Program-made: the position numbers and the translations under genes
Notes under the pieces: generated by a model
Seen by the model: the letters and a program-made list of their open reading frames with translations, nothing else
Database searches by the model: none
What the model was told of the DNA's origin: nothing
Virus record (IMG/VR): IMGVR_UViG_3300024999_000040
Coordinates: 84,717 to 148,716 of that record
Origin: a virus
Strand: one strand, 5' to 3'
Length of the DNA stretch: 64,000 bases
Shown here: piece after piece, positions 53,164 to 63,495 of the stretch
Layout of the letters: the number at the start of each line of letters is the position of its first letter
Numbering within the stretch: the stretch's first letter is position 1

Positions 53164-54084
53164 TTATACATTAGTTTTCTTTTTATATGGTATTTTTCCC
53201 GCCATTGCTTTTTGACGCTTTTCAGAAGCATGAAGATATATCTCTGTAGTAGATAATTTGGAATGACCAAGAGCTTCTTGTATAGATCGTAGGTCTGTAT
53301 CTTGTTCAAGTTGTAAAGTTGCATAAGTATGTCTTAATATATGCGGAGTGAAATTCTTTAATCCTAGCATATCTTTGTACTTATTTACCAAGTACCTAAT
53401 ACTGTCGTAAGATAACGGATAAGGCTCTTTTTCAGTATAATGATAAATTACAAACACATTTTTATAACTGGTTTGTGGTCTTATTAATAGCCAATTATTA
53501 ATAGCTTCAATAGTATCATCATCAATAAATATAACTCTATCTTTATTACCTTTAGCTTCTCTTAAATGTACTCTATCATTTCGTATATCATCTAATTCTA
53601 AATCGCAGATTTCACTAACACGCATTCCAGTGTTTAAAAATAGTTTTATGATAGCAATATCTTTTTCATTTCCTTCTTTTTCTACTGCTTCAATTAATTC
53701 ATTTGCAGTTTCAAGATGTAAATAATTTCTAGTTTTTTTAGGTAACTTTGGTTTTTTGATTTGTAAAGCTAAGTTATTATTAATTAGTTTTCTATCATTT
53801 AAGTAATTAAGTAATGACCTCAAACACGAAACTTTCCTGCTTTCTGTGCCAGCATCGTTATTTAAAGTTAATCTCCATTCTATAGTGTCCTCTAATGTTA
53901 AATTTTGAAATATATCAATAGTAATTATATCAGTTTTTTTATACTGTTTTAACCAATTACAGAATGCACATAAAGTACCTCTATAAGATATAATTGTTTT
54001 GTCGCTGGCTTTATTAACAATCATAGATTTTAGAAAATTCTCTATGAAAGTTGATAATGTTAAATCTTTTTTCTGTTTTACCAT
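53164..54084 (-). CDS. XerC/D-like tyrosine recombinase
   Basis: TGMRVSE (R), KGNK (K), PHILRH (HxxR), LGH, TTEIY (Y) all intact. Confidence 0.93.
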   Translation of the reverse strand: MVKQKKDLTLSTFIENFLKSMIVNKASDKTIISYRGTLCAFCNWLKQYKKTDIITIDIFQNLTLEDTIEWRLTLNNDAGTESRKVSCLRSLLNYLNDRKLINNNLALQIKKPKLPKKTRNYLHLETANELIEAVEKEGNEKDIAIIKLFLNTGMRVSEICDLELDDIRNDRVHLREAKGNKDRVIFIDDDTIEAINNWLLIRPQTSYKNVFVIYHYTEKEPYPLSYDSIRYLVNKYKDMLGLKNFTPHILRHTYATLQLEQDTDLRSIQEALGHSKLSTTEIYLHASEKRQKAMAGKIPYKKKTNV

Positions 54085-55688
54085 TTAAAATCACTCTCCC
54101 TATAAAACCAGAATTTTATTGCCTACATTTTATCATTCTTGGCTTATCAACTGAATATATTTTACCACATTCACATTTAACTTTCTCTGCATCAGTAGTA
54201 TAAATAAAATAAGCCTCTAGTTCTTCCATACAATTTTCGCATCTAAATTTTAATATCATATACCAACCTTCTTTATATTATTATATCAATTTACTTTAAT
54301 TGTGTCAATAACATTTTTGTTTTTAAAAGATTCTTCTGTGTGAAAACTTTTGCATGTTGTTGCATCATATAAAGCCAATCCATCAGGTTTACAATATTCA
54401 GTATTATATAAATAGCATTTCCCTTTACATACTTTATCAAGTAATTCTTCTTTACTAATCATTATTTCCATTGGTTTATTCATAATTTGCTCTTTATAAC
54501 ATTCTAGTGCTTTGTTAAAACCTTCTTTATATCCATCAAAATATCCTTGCTGATAAAATTCATGATGTTTTATTGCCTCTCCCATAATAAATTCTCCTTA
54601 ATATAAAATCTACATTTTATTTTAATTCAAAAACATAATCTTCAATTCCATTTAAGAACTCTGTTGATATATTATCCAATGAATTGACTTCCCAAATATA
54701 ATATACACACTTAGCATCTACGCTTCCAAAAATTAATCTTGCATCAACATTAAACTGTATTTTTGCAAATATTGATATATTCTTATCTTGTATTTTTTCT
54801 ATATTTATTGCAATAAACAAATATCTATTATTATTAATTTTAATCCACTCGCTATTCCCTTTAATTCTCATTTAAACAACCTCCTAAAAGTATTCAAAAT
54901 GTCTATTTTGTTGCCCTACATTTCTCACTTAACTCTTGTTCTTGTTTCCACCATAGTTCTATGTGATTGGCATATTTAGCAAGTTTATAATTTATATTTT
55001 TATTAATCAATATTTCTTTTAAAATTTTGTTTCTAACCACATTATAATATATTATCATATTAATCAATCGATTCTGGTAGCATAGTATCCATATCTATTG
55101 GAGGTAAATTTATAGAGCCACAATAATCCTCGTAATTCAATGGACAACTCTTACAATCCAAACCCTTATCTGATTTAATTCTTTCACAAATTTCTTCTCT
55201 TGCTTGCGCTATATTTATTAATCTTTGTCTTAGATATTTTTTATCTCTTTTAGTTAACATCTTAGCACCTCGTATTCTTAAATCGCACTAACAAAATTAT
55301 CTCTCAACTTGCAATCATTTGGTACATAAGATTCTATTACTTTTAACACGTCTTCCATCATTTTTATAGATTGATCACGTTCTATACCATATAAACTTCT
55401 GAGTTTACCAATAGATATCTGTCCTAATAGACATAAACCCATAACCTCAAAATGATTAAGGTTACTAATATTAAGAGGTAATTCATGTAGATATTCAATT
55501 TCTTTACTGTGATTATAATAATCCATGATTATTTTTCTTCCTCTCCAATTTCTTTATAAGCAGGGCAATCCACTACCCAAGGAGTCATTTGATATCCATC
55601 ATGCTTGATGTAAATAGCACAGACACACATTTTACCTGTAAGATTACATTTAATAGGATGTAACTCTTTATCTTTGAGAATATTTGCA

Positions 55689-56483
55689 TTAGCGCATTTT
55701 AGATTCATATATTTCTCCTTTAATAAATAAATTATTAGTTTTGTTGTTTTTATATATTAAATGAACTCTTTGTCTAGTTATTCCTAATATTTTACCAATA
55801 TCTTCAAATGTTCTACCCTCACTTTTTAATTTAATTATATCCTCAATTCTTTTAGCATTAATTCTTTCATTTGCTTCTTTTTCATATTTAAGTCCTGCCT
55901 CTTCTAAGGCTTTTTTCCAAGTTCCAAAAATTTTTTTATATATTGCCCAAGAAGGATTTTTAACTTCGTTACTTCGAGGGGTTCTACCTAATTTTTCATA
56001 TGTTTCTTTTAAAATATTAATCAATTTATCTTTATCATAAATTGATACATTATAAAAAGAAGTTAATTTTGCTTCTTTTAAAGCATTTTTCCAACTACCA
56101 AATATCCTATAATAAACATATTCAGTTGGGTTTCTCATATGTTTACTACTAGGGGTACGTCCTAATTCAATTGCTTTATTATGAATTTGCTCGATTAATT
56201 CATTTTTTGTATAATCAGATTTAATCATTTGTTTTATTGATTTTTGAGTTTCAAATTTATTATTTTTGATATTGGGCATTTTTTTTGTTTCTAATCCACA
56301 TTCAAATAAAGCATCTTTTAATGAACGAAAATAAGATAAAATTTGACTATATTCATAAGAAGAAAAATCTTTTCCTATTAAAACTCTATTTATATTTATA
56401 GATTTATCTTGAATCAATTGAATACATTCATTTTTACTCAAATTTCTTTTTCTCTGTCTTGTTTTAATAAAAATTTTATCCAT
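55689..56483 (-). CDS. Homing-endonuclease-associated repeat protein with C-terminal HTH
   Basis: Repeated LGRTP...FG(S/T)WK.AL.EA; TFEDIGKILGITRQRV. Confidence 0.7.
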   Translation of the reverse strand: MDKIFIKTRQRKRNLSKNECIQLIQDKSININRVLIGKDFSSYEYSQILSYFRSLKDALFECGLETKKMPNIKNNKFETQKSIKQMIKSDYTKNELIEQIHNKAIELGRTPSSKHMRNPTEYVYYRIFGSWKNALKEAKLTSFYNVSIYDKDKLINILKETYEKLGRTPRSNEVKNPSWAIYKKIFGTWKKALEEAGLKYEKEANERINAKRIEDIIKLKSEGRTFEDIGKILGITRQRVHLIYKNNKTNNLFIKGEIYESKMR

Positions 56484-56497
56484 ATTATCTCCTTGAT

Positions 56498-57047
56498 TTA
56501 TTTTTGCTTTCTATTATATACTATACTTTTCCATTTTATTTCTGGATAAACGTCTGTAAGTGCTTCTATAAATGAACTATGATAAATAATATCAATCATA
56601 GCACCTAAACCATTTTCTCTAAAAATAGATTCTCTAATCTTTTTTCTAAAATTAAAAATATTACATTCTAATTTATCTTCAACCATCCATTTAATTGCTT
56701 CTCTGCTCTTTTCTTTAGTCCAAAAACCATGTGATACTTTTCTTAATTCCCAAGGTTTATATTTATTAGGATAAGCATTATCTAATGCTGAAAATATTCT
56801 CCAATTAAAAACATGATGCAGCATACCAAATAACTTATGTTCAATAAAAATTTCTTTTCTCAATTTTTTCTTTTATGTCATTTTCATTCCAATTCAAAAT
56901 TTGCTCAAATAAAAATCTTGTAATATCACCTGCCTCTTTTAAACTTTCAGGTTTATTCCAAAAATATCTTGGAAATGCGTATAATTTTCTTTCCAAAACC
57001 AATTTATAAATTTCAATAGCAGTTTTATTATTTAAATCAATTTTCAA
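56498..57047 (-). pseudogene. DUF4046-like protein split by a frameshift
   Basis: Two overlapping ORFs that fuse if the A6 run at 56864-56869 were A5; FPRYFW, YKPWEL, GFWT repeats. Confidence 0.6.
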
Positions 57048-57743
57048 AAATGTTCACAACCCTTTATTTTCTTTAAACCTAATGCTTGCATGATACCTAT
57101 TGTTCAACACATAAATATCATGATTCTCAATGTCATTAAATACTTGTTGTATTGCCATCGGTTTATTTTCATAAACTTTATGCAAGTGAAAATCTGGTTT
57201 ATCTATTTTAAACATATCATAGTAATCTTTAACATTAATAGTACTTATACTCATATTTAAATGAAATAAATGTTCTTTATTATCTGATAATACCAATATC
57301 CAATGACCAAACCTAGATACAATACTTGCTACTTGATTCTCAATATTATATGAATATCTGAATATCTTACATTTTTGCTTTATTTTATTGTTTCGTTGCA
57401 ACTTTTGATTACGAGTAAGATATTGAAGAACGATATTCAAAATATCGGCAATCAAACAAAAGTATTGACATTCTCTAGCTTTAGTTAATCCTATAAGCAA
57501 ACCATTTTCAAAAGAATTATAACACCAAGGATAAAATATGCCACCAATATTAACATTTTTATAAAAATAACAATTACAACATTTTTTCATTTAAAATTAT
57601 TTCCTCAATCACCTTTATAATATTTATCCAACGTCTTATCTTTCATTCTCACACCTATTACATCCTGCACAAGAAAAGCATAAAGTTTGAGGTAAAAATT
57701 GTGGATATTGTTTCATTAAATTCCTCCACATAATTTAAGTATT

Positions 57744-57779
57744 TTGAAGGTTATTCAAGTGATACCTACAAACACTTTA
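57744..57779. repeat. 36-nt dispersed repeat, copy 2
   Basis: TTGAAGGTTATTCAAGTGATACCTACAAACACTTTA. Confidence 0.85.
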
Positions 57780-58889
57780 TTACATTTATATTGGCAAGTT
57801 GTAAGATGTCCCATCCTTACAAAATTAAACTAATGAAAACTACCTTTTATTCAAACTTCAAATTTCTTAAATTATCAAGTTGTTTTTCAATGCTTTTTAT
57901 TTTATTTTGCTTTATTTTCTCTGCTTTTTTAATTGCATTTTCTCTAGTAAGATGCCAATCCTTACCTTTACCATGATAATAAGTAGGAAATCTAGTTCCC
58001 TGTATTTCTATCATATCTTCTGATACTGTATCACATATATTTGCATCTTTTTCAATGATACCCTGTGTCAATGCATATTTAGTTATCCATACTTTCATAA
58101 CTTACCTCCAAAATATTTATTCATACTCTATCAACAAATCTATTTTATCCCCTATATCACTCGAATGAGCATGAAATTTAAATCTATCTCCAAATACATT
58201 CCAATCATGCATCTTATCTTCAACAAAAACTGTAATCCAATGACGAAGAACTAAATTATCTAAACTTTTTTCACATGGTTCTCCTGTTTGTGGATTAAAC
58301 TTAGCATACATTTCTTCTTCATTAAGAATTGTATAAACTCTCTTGATGGTTTTACTTTCTAATCCTAGTTCTTTTAGTGTTTTATATTCGCTGTTGATAA
58401 TATTTCTTACAATCATTCTCATACTAATTTTCTCCAATCCCCATAAAAGCCATTTTTCATCGACTTATTCCTGATTTAATATTTCTTCAATCTTTCTTAT
58501 TTTATCATAATTTTTACAATTTCTTACCATTTCAGAAATTTTATAATGATTATCATTCATCCAGCACAATTGATTTACTTGTTCTTCTGAAGTATAAAGA
58601 ATACCATCATGACCATAACCATAGGTATAAGTCAATGTCTTTTTATTAACCTTGTAATTACTTTTACTGTCTGTATTAGAATATTCACTTCCTACTATCC
58701 AACTTTGTTTGGTTTCTCCTAAAATAATCTGATCTTTAAAATAATATTTAAACCAACATCTATCTAGTTTATTTCCTTTATCATCATGATATTGTCTTCT
58801 ATTACTATCAAATATCCAAACTTTATCACCTATTTGCATTTTAACCTCCTAATTATTTCCAAATGAAATCGAGATTTTATAGTCTTTTA

Positions 58890-59468
58890 TTAGAATCCAG
58901 ATTGCGTTGTAAAGAAATTAATATTACCTTTCCCTATCACCTGAACTTCTTCGTCTTCTGTCTTTTCATCATCTTCATCTTCATACTCAATATCCACTAC
59001 CTCAATCTCAATGTCACCATCAAAATTCTTTATTAATGTAGTAGTATGAGGTTTCTTAATATGGTAATTAAATTTTGGATTATAAGCCAACACTTCATCG
59101 AGAAGGAACACACTTACAAGTCCTGCATCAGCACAAAATTGTCCTATTTCTTCATCTGTATCTTTATTAATAGTTGTGCATGACCAATCACCATAAATGG
59201 TATCTCTAGTTAAGTATGTTTTAATACCTAATACTTCCATATTTTCACCATAACTACATGCTTCCCAATCATCAGTATTATTTCTTTCCCATTGTTTTTG
59301 ACATTCTTCTAAATCTACATATGCTCTGTTTTCTTCGTCTATAAAGTCTTTAAACTGTTTACTACCTTTACCCTTTAATATAGGATAGTCTTCCATACTT
59401 GGTTTTCCAGTTTTCTTTTTAATAATATAGCATGGGTCTGTAATTATAATATCACCTTTAAATTTCAT
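58890..59468 (-). CDS. Hypothetical phage protein
   Basis: IIITDPCY...TIYGDW...FCADAGLVSVF. Confidence 0.6.
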   Translation of the reverse strand: MKFKGDIIITDPCYIIKKKTGKPSMEDYPILKGKGSKQFKDFIDEENRAYVDLEECQKQWERNNTDDWEACSYGENMEVLGIKTYLTRDTIYGDWSCTTINKDTDEEIGQFCADAGLVSVFLLDEVLAYNPKFNYHIKKPHTTTLIKNFDGDIEIEVVDIEYEDEDDEKTEDEEVQVIGKGNINFFTTQSGF

Positions 59469-60024
59469 AATTTTAATCTCCCTTTATTTGTTATAATTGA
59501 CACCACTTTGGTGTGTTTCTAGTTAAATAATTTTTCCTAATCATTTTATATAAAACTCGCCTGTCTTCCCAATCCCAAGTGTTTACAGTACAGACATAAT
59601 AATCTTCACTATCAATTTTTAGTTTATATGAACAATCACCGCAACAAAATGGCTTTGATATTCTTTCTTGATATTTATGGTTTTCCTTATTAAGTCTTGT
59701 AAATACATCTTTACACAAGCCTATGCAGATTTCTTTTCTATCCTCTAATTTAGCCTTGTGAATACAGGTATCACATTTCCACATTATAAGCTCACTTTCC
59801 TAAAACACTTTAAACTGAATATTTCATTATCCATTCATAATTTCAACATCTTTTATTTTAAATGATTCTATCACTTGAATATCATTATTTCTAATAAAAT
59901 CATCTAACTCATCTTCTGTATCAAACCACGCAATAGTAGTCTCAATACACCCACATTTCTTTTTTGTATGTTGATAAGTCAACAAATAATTTTTATCCAT
60001 ATGAATCCTCCATTTTATTGTCTT

Positions 60025-60219
60025 TTATATATCCAATCTTTCATCCAAATCTTTTCTTCTCTTTAAATAAAAACCATTTTCAACCACAAATACTTCAAAT
60101 GCGGGAGCATTATTACTTTCCTTTGTAGACATCCCAAATTCTCTTCTAAGGGTCTTAGGTATTACCACCCTACCCAAATCATCCATTCTACGTATATAAC
60201 CTTCTGAGTTTGTATCCAT
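60025..60219 (-). CDS. AbrB/SpoVT-family DNA-binding protein
   Basis: GYIRRMDDLGRVVIPKTLRR. Confidence 0.85.
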   Translation of the reverse strand: MDTNSEGYIRRMDDLGRVVIPKTLRREFGMSTKESNNAPAFEVFVVENGFYLKRRKDLDERLDI

Positions 60220-60624
60220 TTTATTTTAATCCTCCATATCATTATTTTTATTTTACCATATTTAGGCACCCATCACAATATCAAACTCATTGTATTTACG
60301 TCCATTATCTTTTACATAATAATCAGCTTCATCACTTGTAGGAAATTGCATAGCCTCACCTTGATTTTTAGTTAATTCAATATTTCTATCTATATATCTG
60401 ACATATCTTCCACAATGTTTAAGATAAAACATAACCTTACACTCCTTTCGATTCTTTATAAGAATCTACTATTCGATTAGATATATCTTTACTTATCGCT
60501 TGCCTGTATTCCTGTGGTGAATTGTAGTAAGTAATTCTAGGTGGTAATAATTTGCCTTCTTTCCACAATTTCTGTCTATATGTACTCATTTTTCTGTCCT
60601 TTCTTATGTAAAGGTTAGGGGAGA

Positions 60625-61785
60625 TTAATACTCCCCTGTTACTGCCGACATAATATTTGAAGGAATATATTCTTTTACATTTAAACTATCTCCCATGGAA
60701 AATTCAGAATCAAAATTGTTATTCCTTACTGTGTGCTTCGGTGATACATGAGAGGCTTCTGTTATAGGCTTTTCAACAAACTTTACATGACTATTATACA
60801 AATCCTGTAATCCTTTAATCCTATTATTTACATTTTCCTTCTTAACCCCGCCAGCACCTGTAAAACGCTTGTATGCATCTCCTGATTTTGTATTCTTTGA
60901 ATACCAATTAAGGAATTCTTGAACCTTTTCAGTATCTTTATTATTATTCAATAAATTTGCCATTGCTGATATACTTATTTTATTAACAAATTTGTTATGT
61001 TCATGTTTGAATGCTTCAGCAATATCCACAAAAACACCTTCAAGTTTATCAAGAATATCATCAGATATTATAGAATTTTCATTCCAGAATTTCTCTACAT
61101 CCTTTGCTGCAAAGCTGTTATAGTTCAATCCTGTTAATAATATTATTGACTGTTGAATGGTCAAATCTCTTCTTGAACTTTTAATATCACCATCAGAAAA
61201 ATGTGCCACAGTTTTGAATAAAGGATTCTCCTTTGTTTGTTTTGCTACAAATGATTGAACATTTTTAGGAGCAGCTACCAATGCAAGATGTTCTCTACTT
61301 ACTGCTTTACCGTTATTAAGTCTATAGAATATTTCTTCAATAATTGATTCTTCATCATCGTCTTCTTCAAGTTCAATTGATCTAATAACTAGGGTATAAC
61401 CTTTAATTTCTTCCTGAACCTCTTCAGGTAATTCAGAAAATTTCTTTCCTGAAATATCATACTTTTCACCAGTTGATTCTAATACAATTGGCTCAAGCTC
61501 TGTTAATGCCCACTCATTATTAAGGAATGATGATATAATTGTTAATCGCTGTTTTCCATCGATTATATCATATACATTTACCTTTTTACCATCTACTTCT
61601 GTAGGTATTTGAATTGCATATATATCAGGTACAAACATTCTTAGAATTGAATCAATAAGCAGAGACATATCTTCAATTCTCCACTGCCCAGCAGGTCTTT
61701 GAACTGGAGAATCAAAAGTAATATTACCCTTACCTATCATACTGCAAACCTGTTTTACATTCCAACTTAACGGCTTTCTAATCAT
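60625..61785 (-). CDS. DUF262 (ParB/GmrS-like) domain protein
   Basis: PVQR...W...LIDSI...IIDGKQRLT...IFYRLNNG. Confidence 0.85.
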   Translation of the reverse strand: MIRKPLSWNVKQVCSMIGKGNITFDSPVQRPAGQWRIEDMSLLIDSILRMFVPDIYAIQIPTEVDGKKVNVYDIIDGKQRLTIISSFLNNEWALTELEPIVLESTGEKYDISGKKFSELPEEVQEEIKGYTLVIRSIELEEDDDEESIIEEIFYRLNNGKAVSREHLALVAAPKNVQSFVAKQTKENPLFKTVAHFSDGDIKSSRRDLTIQQSIILLTGLNYNSFAAKDVEKFWNENSIISDDILDKLEGVFVDIAEAFKHEHNKFVNKISISAMANLLNNNKDTEKVQEFLNWYSKNTKSGDAYKRFTGAGGVKKENVNNRIKGLQDLYNSHVKFVEKPITEASHVSPKHTVRNNNFDSEFSMGDSLNVKEYIPSNIMSAVTGEY

Positions 61786-62126
61786 TTTAATACACTCCTT
61801 AATTTTATTTTGTTTGTTATCTGTTTGTTATTATATGTACTTTGTTAAAAGTCTACGAAAGTGTTGATTTATTTGGTTAATCAAAATCTGGAACTGTTAT
61901 CTGTTTTGTTTTTTTTGTAAATTCTGTAAAACTACATTTTTTACAACTTCTTTCCCATCCATTTTCTTCATTTTTTATAAGCATTCTAATATCAGACGAA
62001 CCAATATAACAAAATGGATTAGGAATTTCTGTTACAATTTTTGCTTTAATTGGTTCTGAAAAATCATGTATACAATTCATATTAATTATCCTCCTTCACC
62101 ACATTTAATATCATTTCCATGTACTT

Positions 62127-62155
62127 ATATTACTATATTTATTTAGTTAAGTCAA
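62127..62155 (-). promoter_or_regulatory. Probable sigmaA promoter with TTAACTAA overlapping the -35
   Basis: TTGACT-17-TAATAT. Confidence 0.5.
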
Positions 62156-62174
62156 TGGGTTTATGAAAATAATT

Positions 62175-62885
62175 TTAAATAACCACTTTCTCAAAATCTA
62201 AACTCTCCGTATCAATTACCCAGCCTCTTAATAAATGCTTTTCAGGACTACAAGCACAGTTAAATACACCTGTATTACCTATACTCTTAACTCCAAAATC
62301 TTCATGTATATGACCACACAGCCATAGTTTAGGTTGCTTCACTTCTATGAAATCTCTAACCGATTTACTACCTACTTTTACACCTCTATTTGTCATATCC
62401 AGACAATCATATGGAGGATCATGAGCTACTATAATAGTATATGAATCAACAGGAAAATTATCATGAAGTTTACTTAACTCATACCATATTTTATTTTCGT
62501 TTGCTTCTCTATTTGTATTAAATGGAGTAATGTGAACGAATTCAAAGGATAAAATCTCATAATTACACCAATAATAATCTGGATAGTTACTAATACGTTT
62601 TTCCTTATTCGACTCAAACCAATCATCGTTTCCCAGTATATGTAAAACATTTGGAAATTGCTCAGTAAAATAATTATATTGGTCTTTCTGATATTGTCCA
62701 AATTCAATTAATGACCTAGCATTTTTATCTTTGCCTCCAATATCACCGCAATGGATTACTAAATCAAAGGTATTTTCAATTGTGAAGTCTTTAAGTTTTC
62801 TCAGGATTACTCCATCGTTGTGAGTATCACTGGTTACAAATATTTTCATATTATATCTCTTCCTTTCTAAAAGTGTTTGAATCAT
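62175..62885 (-). CDS. Calcineurin-like metallophosphoesterase
   Basis: SDTH, HCGD, GNDD, AHDPP, CGHIHE. Confidence 0.88.
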   Translation of the reverse strand: MIQTLLERKRYNMKIFVTSDTHNDGVILRKLKDFTIENTFDLVIHCGDIGGKDKNARSLIEFGQYQKDQYNYFTEQFPNVLHILGNDDWFESNKEKRISNYPDYYWCNYEILSFEFVHITPFNTNREANENKIWYELSKLHDNFPVDSYTIIVAHDPPYDCLDMTNRGVKVGSKSVRDFIEVKQPKLWLCGHIHEDFGVKSIGNTGVFNCACSPEKHLLRGWVIDTESLDFEKVVI

Positions 62886-62895
62886 TGTTTATTGC

Positions 62896-63495
62896 CTATT
62901 CGAACTTTTTATCGTCAATTTCTCTCAATTCAAAAGACACTTGATATTTTTTCGACTTTAAAATTATTCCACCTATACTCATGATTCTCTCTTGTAATTC
63001 TTCACCTGACATTTCACTAACTAATCGCATCATAAACTTGGAATCGATAATTTCAGGAACAACTTTCTTTTCTTTAACTTTAATTTCTTTTTCCATTAGT
63101 TTTTCCTCGTTTCGATTTTCTTTAGTTTTTTTAATTTCTGCATCCCTAAGTTTTTTAGCTCTATAGTACATATCATGAATACTTTGAACTTTGACCTGAA
63201 AATGTTCGGCTACAGATTTTCTAGTACTAAATTTTTTAATCAATGCTTCAATTGCAATTACTCTGTCCTTATTAGAAAGTTTTAATAATTCTTGATAAGT
63301 AATATCGTCATATAAATTAGACATAAAAATACCTCCATTCAATCTATCTTTTTGTTTTTTAGACAAATAATCGGCAGGAAATAGTATTTTATTAGAATAT
63401 ACTCTATTCTTTCGATATTTAATATTTCTGCCGATATTTTTCTTTTCTCTAACTTCATCATAAAACATTTTCTCAATATTGTCTATATTGTCCAT
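62896..63495 (-). CDS. Hypothetical protein, possible HTH
   Basis: RKSVAEHFQVKVQSI. Confidence 0.5.
   Translation of the reverse strand: MDNIDNIEKMFYDEVREKKNIGRNIKYRKNRVYSNKILFPADYLSKKQKDRLNGGIFMSNLYDDITYQELLKLSNKDRVIAIEALIKKFSTRKSVAEHFQVKVQSIHDMYYRAKKLRDAEIKKTKENRNEEKLMEKEIKVKEKKVVPEIIDSKFMMRLVSEMSGEELQERIMSIGGIILKSKKYQVSFELREIDDKKFE

Noticed and set aside
9960-55060. Frequent ATATAAT just upstream of many start codons, as promoters
   Set aside because: Mostly lack a spaced -35 and cannot be separated from AT-rich background or translation enhancers by eye
60625-61785. DUF262 protein as a GmrSD/type IV restriction or Dnd defence system
   Set aside because: No HNH/DUF1524 partner domain and no dnd genes in the window
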